Assembly (NCBI RefSeq): GCF_965202595.1
Contig: NZ_OZ241836.1
Location: 1,104,357-1,168,356 of the forward strand
DNA from: Candidatus Poriferisocius sp.
GTDB lineage: Bacteria; Actinomycetota; Acidimicrobiia; Acidimicrobiales; Bin134
Length of the DNA: 64,000 bases
Direction: 5' to 3'
The notes beneath the pieces were generated by a model that searched no databases, was not told where the DNA came from, and saw only the letters and a list, made by a program, of their open reading frames with translations. Below are positions 26,822 to 35,947 of this stretch, piece by piece (the first letter of the stretch is position 1; the number at the start of each line of letters is the position of its first letter). The position numbers and the translations under genes were made by a program.

Positions 26822-28024
26822 ATGCCCGAAGCAGTCATTGTTGCCACTTCTCGCACGCCCATCGGGCGAGCCATGAAGGGGTCGCTGGTCGATGTCCGCC
26901 CCGACGACATGTCGGCGTTCATCATCGGTGACGTGCTCGGCAAGGTCCCCCAGATCGAGGGGTCCGATGTCGAGGACATCATGTGGGGCTGTGCCCAGCC
27001 CGCCGGAGAAGCCGGTTACAACATTGCTCGCCTGTCGGGGCTCCTGGCCGGCGTGGATGTGCCGGGAGTGACCGTCAACCGCTACTGCTCCTCCTCGTTG
27101 CAGACCATTCGTATGGCGGCCCACGCGGTGCGCGCCGGCGAGGGTGACGTGTTCGTTTCCGGCGGGGTGGAGTGTGTGAGTCGTTTCGGGGCCGGAGCCG
27201 CCGACCGGGGCGGCAAGAACGCCCTCTTTGCCGAAGCGGAAGCCCGATCCTTGGAGCGCAGCGAGGAGGGAACCCCGGTGTGGTCACCACCCGAGGGGCT
27301 ACCCGACATTTACATCGCCATGGGCCAGACCGCGGAGAACGTGGCCCAGTACAAGGGCGTGAGCCGCCGGCGCCAGGACGAGTTCGGTGTGATGTCCCAG
27401 AACCGGGCCGAGGCCGCCCAGGCGCGGGGGTTCTTCGAGCGAGAGATCACCCCGTACCCGCGGGCCGACGGCTCGCTGGTTAGCGCCGATGACGGCATCC
27501 GGACCGGTACGGTCATCGAGAAGGTGTCCCAGCTCAAGCCGGTTTTCCGTCCCGACGGCACTGTGACCGCGGGCAACGCCTGCCCCCTGAACGACGGTGC
27601 CGCCGCAGTGGTGGTGATGAGCGACACCAGAGCGGCTGAACTGGGCATCAAACCGCTGGCCCGGATCGTGGCCTCGGCGGTGGCGGCGGTGAACCCCGAG
27701 ATAATGGGTCTCGGCCCCATTCCCGCCATAACTCAAGTGCTGGAACGAGCTGGCATGACCATTGATGACATCGATCTGGTGGAGATAAACGAGGCTTTCG
27801 CCGCCCAGGTGATCCCCTCGGCCGATGAGCTGGGTATCGACTATGGCAAGCTGAACGTGAACGGTGGTGCCATCGCCCTGGGTCACCCCTTCGGAATGAC
27901 CGGGGCTCGTATCATGTGCACCCTGCTCAACGGCCTGGAGGATGCCGGCAAGACCTTGGGGATTGAGAGCATGTGCGTCGGTGGCGGCCAGGGCATGGCC
28001 ATGATCGTCGAGCGCCTGAACTGA
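26822..28024 (+). CDS. acetyl-CoA C-acyltransferase (thiolase)
   Basis: NRYCSSSLQ active-site Cys, NEAFAAQ, and C-terminal [14 protein letters not shown]. Confidence 0.9.
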   Translation: MPEAVIVATSRTPIGRAMKGSLVDVRPDDMSAFIIGDVLGKVPQIEGSDVEDIMWGCAQPAGEAGYNIARLSGLLAGVDVPGVTVNRYCSSSLQTIRMAAHAVRAGEGDVFVSGGVECVSRFGAGAADRGGKNALFAEAEARSLERSEEGTPVWSPPEGLPDIYIAMGQTAENVAQYKGVSRRRQDEFGVMSQNRAEAAQARGFFEREITPYPRADGSLVSADDGIRTGTVIEKVSQLKPVFRPDGTVTAGNACPLNDGAAAVVVMSDTRAAELGIKPLARIVASAVAAVNPEIMGLGPIPAITQVLERAGMTIDDIDLVEINEAFAAQVIPSADELGIDYGKLNVNGGAIALGHPFGMTGARIMCTLLNGLEDAGKTLGIESMCVGGGQGMAMIVERLN

Positions 28025-28042
28025 GGCACCCGGCTTTTTCAG

Positions 28043-28077
28043 CCCCTGGGGTGTTCGGGCTCTCTCAGCCCCAGGGG
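28043..28077. terminator. GC-rich hairpin between convergent thiolase and SelW-like genes (possible bidirectional terminator)
   Basis: CCCCTGGGG (28043-28051) pairs with CCCCAGGGG (28069-28077) across a 17-nt loop. There is no canonical U-tract after the stem. Confidence 0.3.
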
Positions 28078-28091
28078 TTACGAGCTTGGGG

Positions 28092-28364
28092 CTATGTGCC
28101 GTAGCGGTTCACCCCGGTGGCATACCGGCTGGTGAATAGCTCCAGAATCTCACCGGGTTCGGCGTGCCGGCAGCAGCCGTCCTTGGAGAAAAGCATCTCC
28201 CCATCGACTTCCACATCGAAGATTCCCGATGTCCCCGTCACCAGGGCCAGGTTCTCGATGATGTGCTGGTAGTTACCCAGCAAGTCCTTGGCAGCGCTCA
28301 CGGCGTGCTCCGAATAGTCTCAAGGGACGCAATAGGTGATGGTGATGCGATGCTTTTGAGCCAC
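28092..28364 (-). CDS. SelW/Rdx-family selenoprotein with CxxU motif (TGA at 28320-28322)
   Basis: GTG-AQKHRITITYCVP-TGA-DYSEHAV is joined in frame to track ORF 28092..28301 (...LVTGTSGIFDVEVDGEMLFSK...EPGEILELF). There is an in-frame TAG 12 nt upstream of the GTG at 28364. Confidence 0.75.
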
Positions 28365-28448
28365 GGGAGCAGGCTACCAGCGGGTTCACACGAATGTTTC
28401 CCACCTATGGTTATTGCCCGTCCGCAAATACCTCTCACCTCCCCCGGT

Positions 28449-29213
28449 TCAGTGCAATTCGGGCCACAAATCCAGGGCGGTGCCGCCCAAGAATTGGGCT
28501 TGCTCAGGGGTTGACATGTTCGAGCAGGCCGCCCGAGCCTGGTCCACCAGTTCACGGTAGGGACGGTCGTGGGTCTGGGAGTAGTCGGACCCCCACATGA
28601 TCCGGTCGAGGCCGAACTGCTCGGCCAGCCGTTGCAGCACTGATGCCGGATCGCCCGAATCCAGCACATGAGGGGTGACTTTCAGGTACAGGTTGGGCAG
28701 GTGGGCGTAGTCGCCCATGGTCTCGGGGGCGAAACCGCAGTGATCCAGAGCGAGGGCCACATCAGGATTGGCCGCCAGGGCCTTGCCCAGCGCGGGCAGA
28801 TGATCGGGAACCGTGGCCGCGCTCACCCGCAGGCCCAGCCGCCGAGCCGCGTCCCACGTGGCCTCGTGGTGCAGCAGCCCCTCCCCACCGATGGCGAAGA
28901 GACGTACCCCACCCACTCCAGCGGCGGCCAGAGGGTCGAGTTCGGCGGGATCGTCCACGATGGCCACCGCGCCGAGAATGCCGGGGTGGGCCGACCGGGC
29001 GGCAACGATGTAGGAGTTGTCGGTGCCGTAGGCCCCCTGAGCCTGGACCAGAATCGCCCGATCCACCCCCGCGCCGCCCATCTCGACCCGCAACTCTTCC
29101 ACCGTGATCGGTGCTTCATGCACCCACTCCACCCCCGGATAGTCGCCCACCCGGAGCGGGTACCGCTGATGATCGCCAGAAATCACATGAGTATGGGTGT
29201 CCACTACCAGCAC
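28449..29213 (-). CDS. amidohydrolase family (TIM-barrel metal-dependent hydrolase) protein
   Basis: (V/M)LVVDTHTHVISGD..., ...LDHCGF..., ...MWGSDYSQTH. Confidence 0.75.
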   Translation of the reverse strand: MLVVDTHTHVISGDHQRYPLRVGDYPGVEWVHEAPITVEELRVEMGGAGVDRAILVQAQGAYGTDNSYIVAARSAHPGILGAVAIVDDPAELDPLAAAGVGGVRLFAIGGEGLLHHEATWDAARRLGLRVSAATVPDHLPALGKALAANPDVALALDHCGFAPETMGDYAHLPNLYLKVTPHVLDSGDPASVLQRLAEQFGLDRIMWGSDYSQTHDRPYRELVDQARAACSNMSTPEQAQFLGGTALDLWPELH

Positions 29214-29302
29214 CCGATCAGTCTGCCCGACATGAGGTCATCGGGTTGGGTAATCCCGAGGTCTCCGGGTGTCCACTACCAGCACCCGATCAGTCTGCCC
29301 GA
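29195..29302 (-). repeat. 72-bp duplication (about 1.5 copies) of the amidohydrolase start region
   Basis: GGGTGTCCACTACCAGCACCCGATCAGTCTGCCCGA occurs at 29195-29230 and 29267-29302. Confidence 0.9.
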
Positions 29303-29354
29303 TGCAAACTCGGTAAGAGTTGTACCTAGCTGGTGGGTTCAGCGGGAAGGGTGG

Positions 29355-30290
29355 TTAGGAGATGCGTGCCAGTTGGCGATGGAGCCAGTCCTCCTGGTCG
29401 GCGGTGTAGCGCCGGGCCACCTCGGTGCCGGCGAACAGGGCAACTCCATGGGGGGCACCGGGGTAGACGTGCAACTCGGTGGGGACGCCGGCACCGTAGA
29501 GGCGCATGGCGTAGGTGATGTCCTCGTCGCGGAAGCCGTCCGCACCCCCGACGCAGACGTAGGCCTCGGGCAGCCCTGACAGGTCGGTGGCTCGAGCCGC
29601 GGCCGCGGTGGGCGGGATGTCGTCGGTGCCGTACATAGCGCCGAGATAGCTCTGCCACCCGAATGTGTTGGATGCCTTACTCCACACCAGAAGATCCTCG
29701 AGCCGGCTGGACGGGGTCTGCTGACGATCATCGAGCATCGGGCAGTCCAGCAACTGGAACTGCACCGGCACTTCACCCCGGTCCCGAGCGAGCAGCGCCA
29801 GGGCCGCGCTCAAACCTCCCCCGGCGCTGACACCGGTGATGCCGATCTTGTCCCGGTCTATGCCGATCCCGGTTGCGTTGTCATACGTCCATCTCAAACC
29901 GGTGTAGCAGTCCTCCAGCGGCCCCGGGTACGGGGTCTCGGGAGCCAGGCGGTACTCCACCGAAACCCCGATGATGCCGTACCGCGGACACCACCGGTCG
30001 AACTTGGCATCATCCATGTCGAAGCTGCCCAGAACGTAGCCCCCGCCGTGAATCGAGTACACGCATGGTGCCGGGCCCTCCAGCCCCTTGGGCCGGTGGA
30101 CTCTCACCATCACGCCGGTGGCTTCATCGATCACATGTTCCGTGCGCTCCACCGCATCGCTGAGCTCGGCGAGCGCAAGCCTCGGTCTTTCCCGCAACTC
30201 CGGCAGGATCGCGGCGTTGATTTCCCCAAACGGCACCAAGTCCTTGAGGGGTTCGATTTCCTCGTGCAACGGGATCGTGGCCACGTACAC
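29355..30290 (-). CDS. alpha/beta hydrolase (HSL-type esterase/lipase)
   Basis: Contains the HGGGY oxyanion motif and the GVSAGG nucleophile elbow. Confidence 0.85.
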   Translation of the reverse strand: MYVATIPLHEEIEPLKDLVPFGEINAAILPELRERPRLALAELSDAVERTEHVIDEATGVMVRVHRPKGLEGPAPCVYSIHGGGYVLGSFDMDDAKFDRWCPRYGIIGVSVEYRLAPETPYPGPLEDCYTGLRWTYDNATGIGIDRDKIGITGVSAGGGLSAALALLARDRGEVPVQFQLLDCPMLDDRQQTPSSRLEDLLVWSKASNTFGWQSYLGAMYGTDDIPPTAAAARATDLSGLPEAYVCVGGADGFRDEDITYAMRLYGAGVPTELHVYPGAPHGVALFAGTEVARRYTADQEDWLHRQLARIS

Positions 30291-30316
30291 TCCTTTTTGA
30301 ATTGGGTTGAAGCCTC

Positions 30317-30407
30317 ATGGATATTTGGCCAATGGCTACTTGGCCAATGGATATTTGATCAATGGCTACTTGATCAATAAATACTTGCTCAGCGGCTGGT
30401 TGAGCAA
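30317..30407. promoter_or_regulatory. array of six 8-bp palindromes (TTGNNCAA) at exact 15-bp spacing in a divergent promoter region
   Basis: TTGGCCAA at 30325 and 30340, TTGATCAA at 30355 and 30370, TTGCTCAG at 30385, TTGAGCAA at 30400. This is an AT-rich stretch between the esterase (minus strand) and CoA-transferase (plus strand) genes. Confidence 0.55.
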
Positions 30408-30576
30408 GATAGCCCACCGGCGATCCGGCACTGGTGTGGCCAGGAAGAGCCCGGTTTTGGGTAGTCTGCCGGGCAATGTTGAGGCGTTGCTGGGCAATGG
30501 GCCGGGGCGAGGAGGCGGCATTCGTGGATGGCAGCACCCGATACCGGACAATGTACCGGGGCGACCTCTCGAGCCC

Positions 30577-32997
30577 GTGATCCTCCAGCACTGGCGCGTC
30601 ATTGAGGTGGGCGGGGGCATCGCGGCCTGCTACGCCGGCAAGCTGCTGGCCGACGCCGGAGCCGACGTGATCAAGATAGAGCCCCCCGGTGGCGAACCCC
30701 TGCGCCGGTGGTCGGCCTCGGGTGCCGACCTGGGGAATCGGGACGGTCCCCTGTTCCAGTTCCTGAACACTTCCAAGCGGTCGGTGATCGCCGACTGGGG
30801 TGACCCCGGCATCATCGGGTTGCTGAGTACCGCCGACATCGTCATCGACTCCACCGACCGGGGTTTGCCCCCATCCATCACCGGTACCGCTCGCCGTGCC
30901 AATCCCGCTCTGGTGGTGGTGTCGCTCTCGCCGTGGGGGCGCACCGGTCCCTGCGCCGGACGGCCGGCCACCGAGTTCACCCTCCAGGCCGAGTGCGGCG
31001 GTCTGGGTAAGCGGGGCAACCCGGAGCGGCCCCCGGTACAGTCCGGGGGCGCCATCGGCGAGTGGACCACCGGCATCTACGCCGGAGTGGGTGCGCTGGC
31101 GGCGGCTCGAGCTGCCGGTCGCAGTGGCCGGGGCGACCACGTGGATGTGTCCATGTTCGAGACGATGGTCATGACCATGTGCACCTACGCCTGGATAAAC
31201 AGTGCGTTCACCGGTGACCCCGACCCCGAACGGCCCGGCCGCAACGTGGAGCTACCCTCCATCGAGCCCACCGCTGATGGTCACGTGGGCTTCTGTACGG
31301 TAGCTCGCCAGCAGTTTCTGGATTTCCTGGTCATGATCGAACGCCCCGACTGGCAGGAGGATGAGGAGATGTGCAGCCATGCGGGGCGCTGGAAGCGGCG
31401 GGAGGAGTTCCGGGCCGCCATGCACGCCTGGACCACCCGGCGAACCACCGCCGAGGTCATCGCCGAGGCATCGGCCCGGCGCATCCCGGTAGCCCCCATA
31501 GGCAACGGGGCCACGGTGCCCACCCTGGAGGCGTTTTTGGGCCGGGAGGCGTTCACCGCCAATCCCTCGGGAGGTTTCACCCAGCCGACCGTGCCCTACG
31601 AACTGCACGGCACCACTCCCCGACCCTTCGCCCCGGTCCCCGCTCCTGGTGAGCACACCGGGCAGATCGAGGCTCGCGCTCCCCAACCCGGCAGGGATGA
31701 GCTCGCGTCCCTACCCCTGCACGGTGTCCGGCCGGGTTCGGATGGGATTGAAGTTCCCGGCAGGGATGAGCTCGCGTCCCTACCCCTGCACGGTGTCCGG
31801 GTAATCGACTTCACGGCCTGGTGGGCCGGGCCCATCGCCAGTCACTCCCTGGCCCTCCTCGGTGCCGATGTGGTCAAGATCGAATCCGTGTCGCGACCCG
31901 ACGGGATGCGGTTCGCCTCGGCCCGCCCCCCCACCGAGGACCAGTGGTGGGAGTGGGGCATGGTCTTCCACGGGGCCAACACCAACAAGCGGGGCATCAC
32001 CCTGGATATGCGCTCCCCCCGGGGGGTGGCAATGGCCGAGCGGCTGATCTCCGATGCCGATGTTGTGATCGAGAACTTCACCCCCCGGGTGATGGAGGAG
32101 TTCGGTCTCGACTGGGACCGCCTGTCGTCCATCAACCCGAGGGTGATAATGGCCCGGATGCCGGCCTTCGGGCTCAGCGGGGCCTGGCGCAACAACACCG
32201 GGTTCGCCCAGACCATGGAGCAGCTCACCGGCATGGCCAACATCACCGGCTATCCCGATGAGGATCCCCAGATACCCCGGGGGCCGTGCGACCCGCTGGC
32301 CGGGATGCACGCGGTTTTTGCCGTTCTGGCCGCGCTGGAGGAGCGGGATCGCACCGGTCGGGGCCGGCTGGTGGAGGTAACCATGGTATCCGCCGCCCTC
32401 AATGCCGCGGCCGAGCAGTTGGTGGAGTACTCGGCCCTCGGTCGTCAGCTTCCCCGGCAGGGCAACCGGGGGCCGCGGGCCGCCCCCCAGGGGGTCTACC
32501 CCGCGGCCGGTACCGAGCGCTGGGTGGCGGTGGCGGTGGCCGATGATGCTCAGTGGGAGGCTCTCTGCCACCTGTGCGAGCGCTCGGACTGGGCGAGGTA
32601 CAACACGGTGAGCAAGCGGCGGGCCGCGGCCGATGAGATCGATACCGGGTTGGCCGAGTGGCTGGCCGGAAAGGTTGACACCGACGCGGTAAGAGCACTG
32701 ACTGCTGTCGGGGTTCCAGCCGGCGTTGTGATGCTCCCGGCCGAGATCGGTGATCACCCCCAGCTCCGGGCTCGCTCGTTCATCGAACCCGTCCACCACC
32801 CGGTTTGCGGCGAGGTACCCGCCGCCGGCCTGCCGTTCAGGTTCGATTCGGTACCCGGTGGCTGGATCCGAAGCCCCGCTCCCACCCTGGGCCAGCACAA
32901 TTGTGAGATTCTGACCAAGGAGCTGGGCATATCCCCCTCCGAACTGGCCGATCTGGAGAGCCAGGGCGTTATCGGCACCCGTCCCGTAGGGGTCTAG
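30577..32997 (+). CDS. tandem fusion of two family III (CaiB/BaiF) CoA-transferase domains
   Basis: Domain 1 is ...WRVIEVGGGIAACYAGKLLADAGADVIKIEPPGG. Domain 2 is LHGVRVIDFTAWWAGPIASHSLALLGADVVKIES. The start is uncertain: GTG 30577 is proposed, while the track ORF starts at 30307. Confidence 0.7.
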   Translation: MILQHWRVIEVGGGIAACYAGKLLADAGADVIKIEPPGGEPLRRWSASGADLGNRDGPLFQFLNTSKRSVIADWGDPGIIGLLSTADIVIDSTDRGLPPSITGTARRANPALVVVSLSPWGRTGPCAGRPATEFTLQAECGGLGKRGNPERPPVQSGGAIGEWTTGIYAGVGALAAARAAGRSGRGDHVDVSMFETMVMTMCTYAWINSAFTGDPDPERPGRNVELPSIEPTADGHVGFCTVARQQFLDFLVMIERPDWQEDEEMCSHAGRWKRREEFRAAMHAWTTRRTTAEVIAEASARRIPVAPIGNGATVPTLEAFLGREAFTANPSGGFTQPTVPYELHGTTPRPFAPVPAPGEHTGQIEARAPQPGRDELASLPLHGVRPGSDGIEVPGRDELASLPLHGVRVIDFTAWWAGPIASHSLALLGADVVKIESVSRPDGMRFASARPPTEDQWWEWGMVFHGANTNKRGITLDMRSPRGVAMAERLISDADVVIENFTPRVMEEFGLDWDRLSSINPRVIMARMPAFGLSGAWRNNTGFAQTMEQLTGMANITGYPDEDPQIPRGPCDPLAGMHAVFAVLAALEERDRTGRGRLVEVTMVSAALNAAAEQLVEYSALGRQLPRQGNRGPRAAPQGVYPAAGTERWVAVAVADDAQWEALCHLCERSDWARYNTVSKRRAAADEIDTGLAEWLAGKVDTDAVRALTAVGVPAGVVMLPAEIGDHPQLRARSFIEPVHHPVCGEVPAAGLPFRFDSVPGGWIRSPAPTLGQHNCEILTKELGISPSELADLESQGVIGTRPVGV
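31687..31800 (+). repeat. 69-bp in-frame duplication (45 bp identical) at the inter-domain junction of the CaiB-CaiB fusion
   Basis: CCCGGCAGGGATGAGCTCGCGTCCCTACCCCTGCACGGTGTCCGG occurs at 31687-31731 and 31756-31800. It encodes PGRDELASLPLHGVR twice. Confidence 0.95.
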
Positions 32998-33040
32998 CGC
33001 CAGAAGCGTTATCGGCACCTGTCCGGTTTAGGTCTGGGGA
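32966..33040. repeat. 40-bp duplication (about 1.9 copies) of the CoA-transferase 3' terminus at a convergent junction
   Basis: GCGTTATCGGCACC(C/T)GTCC.G.TT?AGG..TCT... occurs at 32966 and 33006. It lies between the TAG at 32995-32997 and the SBP stop at 33041. Confidence 0.7.
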
Positions 33041-34567
33041 TCAGCCGCTTGCGGCCCCGGGTTTGGATGATTCGGCGGGGTCGGGGCGGCTGGGGCTGAC
33101 TCCCAGCGTGGCCGATGTGGTGAGCTCAACCAGGTTGCCGGCCTCGCAGTCCATGGTGCCCTGGGCGAGGGGGTGGCGGCGCACCCAGCCGCCCGGGGTG
33201 GGGCTCATGAGCACGAAGCACGGTGAGGGGATGCCCTCGGCGGGGTTGGTCGGGCCGTGCAGGCCGTTGCCATCCCACTCGGTGATCGTGCCGGCCGCTT
33301 CGATAACCAGGTCCCGGGTCAGCCCTCCCCCGCTGGTGAACATGGCCTGGTTGACCGCCCGCTCGAACAGCAGTGCCGATGCCCAACTGGAAAGGCCGAT
33401 CAAATCCTTCCCGGCCTCGGGGTTGGCATCGGGACCTACCTGGGTGAGGTAGAACAGGTATTCCACCAGGGCGGCGCTCTCACCGGGTTCCTCAAAGGGG
33501 AGCATCCCGATGCTTACCCATACGTTTGATCCCAGCTCCCCCACATCTTCGGCCCAACCGCGGGAGTAGCAGTCCAGTGAGCAGTGGACGAAGGCCAGCT
33601 CCGCGTCAAGCTCCTCGTCCCCTTCCGGGGGTTCCGGCCCGGGTTGTCCCGCCGGGGTTGCCCCGCCGGCCTCCGCAGGAGGAGAAAGTGGCGGGTCAAC
33701 CGGCTTCGCCCGGGCCTGGAGCAGCTCCAGGAGCCGCCGGCCACCGGCTGACCAGGAGATGGCCCGAACATCGGCCTCCTCCAGCGCGGCTGCTATGGCG
33801 GCGTAGTCCTCGTTGAGGTCAACGGTGGTCCGGAAGGAGAACTCGAATCCTGCTTTGGTGGCCGCCTCGATCTCCCGCTCGGCCCGGTAAAAGGCCACGG
33901 GCAGGTCCAGCACCACCGTGGCTACCGCGGTGGCGGCATCGGGGAAGCGCTCGCTCAGGTAGCGGGCCGGGCCGGCCTGCCCCAGATTGTTGGCGGTGGG
34001 ATTGGAAACGAATGTCACCGGTGACTCCCTCCGGGCCGGACTCAACGCGGCTGCGGGGAAGTCGGGCAGGCGGCAGGACTCTTCGTTCAGTATGTCCACC
34101 CCATCCCCATCGAACCGCGCGTAAGAGCCGACCAGGGCGAAGATGTCGCTCCGGCACGCCTCCTGAATGGCGGCCCGGTGATCGAACACGTTGGCGTTGA
34201 TCAGAACTACCTCTACATTCCGACCCCCGACCCCGCCGCTGTCGTTCACCGATTGGGCCCAGGCTCGCATGGCCAGCCAGGCCGACTCGCTGCCATCGCT
34301 GACCACGTTGCCGGTGCTGGTGTCGGCAATGACTCCAACCCGGATCACCTTATCGCTGATACCGGGGGTCACCGGTACCGCGGTCGGCCCCGGTACCACG
34401 GTGGGTACAGCCGCCGGAGTGGCGGTCGCGGTGGGGGTAACCGGGGACCTCACCACCGGTCCCTGTAGATCGGGGGTTTTGCAGGCCGGGGCCAGCAGGG
34501 CCAGGGCCGCGACCAGCACCCCCAGAACCGGGATCCTCATGAGCAGGCGACCCAACCGCACACTCAA
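33041..34567 (-). CDS. ABC transporter substrate-binding lipoprotein (type I periplasmic binding fold, Liv-like)
   Basis: Signal/lipobox ...LALLAPAC, then IRVGVIADTSTGN...; the overall layout resembles branched-chain amino acid/amide binding proteins. Confidence 0.65.
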   Translation of the reverse strand: MSVRLGRLLMRIPVLGVLVAALALLAPACKTPDLQGPVVRSPVTPTATATPAAVPTVVPGPTAVPVTPGISDKVIRVGVIADTSTGNVVSDGSESAWLAMRAWAQSVNDSGGVGGRNVEVVLINANVFDHRAAIQEACRSDIFALVGSYARFDGDGVDILNEESCRLPDFPAAALSPARRESPVTFVSNPTANNLGQAGPARYLSERFPDAATAVATVVLDLPVAFYRAEREIEAATKAGFEFSFRTTVDLNEDYAAIAAALEEADVRAISWSAGGRRLLELLQARAKPVDPPLSPPAEAGGATPAGQPGPEPPEGDEELDAELAFVHCSLDCYSRGWAEDVGELGSNVWVSIGMLPFEEPGESAALVEYLFYLTQVGPDANPEAGKDLIGLSSWASALLFERAVNQAMFTSGGGLTRDLVIEAAGTITEWDGNGLHGPTNPAEGIPSPCFVLMSPTPGGWVRRHPLAQGTMDCEAGNLVELTTSATLGVSPSRPDPAESSKPGAASG

Positions 34568-34633
34568 TGGTCGCGCGTGTGGGTATGGGTAATCACGAAT
34601 TTGGCGCGCGTGTTCAAAGGCGCCCGATGGGGG

Positions 34634-35947
34634 TCAGGACCGGGCGGCGGTGAACCCCTGATCCAGGTCGGCGATTATGTCGTCCAGCGTCTCGAGGCCC
34701 ACCGAGAGCCGGACCAGTCCGGGATACACCCCTGAGCTGATCTGCTCCTCCTCGGTGAGCTGCGAGTGGGTGGTGGACGCCGGATGGATCACCAGGCTGC
34801 GCACATCGCCGATGTTGGCCACATGGCTGTGCAGGCCGAGCGCGTTCACGAACCTCTCGCCGGCGTCGCGCCCTCCCTTGATGTGGAAGGCGGGTACCGA
34901 CCCGTAACCCTTACCACCGGTGTAGCGGTTCATGCGCTCGTGCCACGGGCTGGACGGCAAACCGCCAAACTGCACCGACTCCACCTGGTCGTGGCCATCC
35001 AGGTACTCGGCCACCGCCAGGGCGTTGGAGAGGTGCCGCTCCATGCGCACGCTGAGAGTTTCCAGGCCCTGGAGGAAGTAGAAGGCGTTCTGCGGGGAGA
35101 TGGCCGCACCGATGTCCCGCAGCAATTGCACCCGGGCCTTGATGATGTAGGAGCCGTGACCCAGTGCAGGCCAGTAGGCGAGACCGTGATAGCTGGGATC
35201 GGGCTCGGTGAAATTGGGGAAGCGGCCGCTGGCCCCGTAGTCGAAGGAGCCCCCGTCGATGATGACCCCGCCGATGGAGTTGCCGTGGCCACCGATGAAC
35301 TTTGTCATGGAATGGACCACGATGTCGGCACCGTGGGCCAGCGGCTGGATGAGGTAGGGGGTGGGCACGGTGTTGTCCACCATCAGCGGGATGCCCTCGG
35401 CGTGGCCCACCGCGGCCACGCCCTCGATGTTGAGGCAGTCGTTCTTGGGATTGCCGATGGTTTCGGCATAGAGCACCTTGGTGTTGTCCCGAATGGCGTT
35501 TCTCCAGGCCCCCAGATCGTCGGGATCCTCGACGAAGGACACCTCGATGCCCATCTTGGGCAGGGTGTAGTGCAGCAGGTTGTAGGTGCCCCCGTACAGC
35601 GATGCCGAGGACACCACGTGGTCCCCCGATTCGGCCAGGTTCAAAATGGCCAGCGTCTCCGCCGCCTGCCCCGACGCCAAAGCCAGGGCCCCGGGTATCC
35701 CTATGGCGGTCTCGGTTCCCCCCTCCAGGGCGGACAGGCGGGCCTCCAGCACCATCTGGGTTGGGTTCATGATCCGGGTGTAGATGTTGCCCACCTCGGC
35801 CAGCCCGAACAGAGCCGCGGCGTGTTCGGTGTCGCGGAACACGTAAGAGGTGGTCTGGTAGATGGGTACCGTCCGAGATCCTGTGGCCGGATCGGGTTCC
35901 TGCCCGGCGTGGATCTGCTTGGTCTCAAAACCCCAGTTATCGCTCAC
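34634..35947 (-). CDS. metY: O-acetylhomoserine aminocarboxypropyltransferase / sulfhydrylase
   Basis: SDNWGFETKQIHAGQ..., PLP-lysine motif SMTKFIGGHG, and C-terminal RLSVGLE. AAGGAG lies 5 nt upstream of the GTG at 35947. Confidence 0.85.
   Translation of the reverse strand: MSDNWGFETKQIHAGQEPDPATGSRTVPIYQTTSYVFRDTEHAAALFGLAEVGNIYTRIMNPTQMVLEARLSALEGGTETAIGIPGALALASGQAAETLAILNLAESGDHVVSSASLYGGTYNLLHYTLPKMGIEVSFVEDPDDLGAWRNAIRDNTKVLYAETIGNPKNDCLNIEGVAAVGHAEGIPLMVDNTVPTPYLIQPLAHGADIVVHSMTKFIGGHGNSIGGVIIDGGSFDYGASGRFPNFTEPDPSYHGLAYWPALGHGSYIIKARVQLLRDIGAAISPQNAFYFLQGLETLSVRMERHLSNALAVAEYLDGHDQVESVQFGGLPSSPWHERMNRYTGGKGYGSVPAFHIKGGRDAGERFVNALGLHSHVANIGDVRSLVIHPASTTHSQLTEEEQISSGVYPGLVRLSVGLETLDDIIADLDQGFTAARS

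Noticed and set aside
28043-28077. An intrinsic terminator call for the 9-bp GC hairpin between the thiolase and the SelW-like gene.
   Set aside because: There is no U-tract following the stem in either direction. It is kept only as a low-confidence hairpin feature.
30307-30576. The N-terminal extension of the CoA-transferase ORF, which encodes NGYLA/NGYLI pentapeptide repeats.
   Set aside because: The region is AT-rich, consists of phased palindromes, and precedes the conserved CaiB N-terminus. It is more likely regulatory DNA than coding sequence, though this is not proven.
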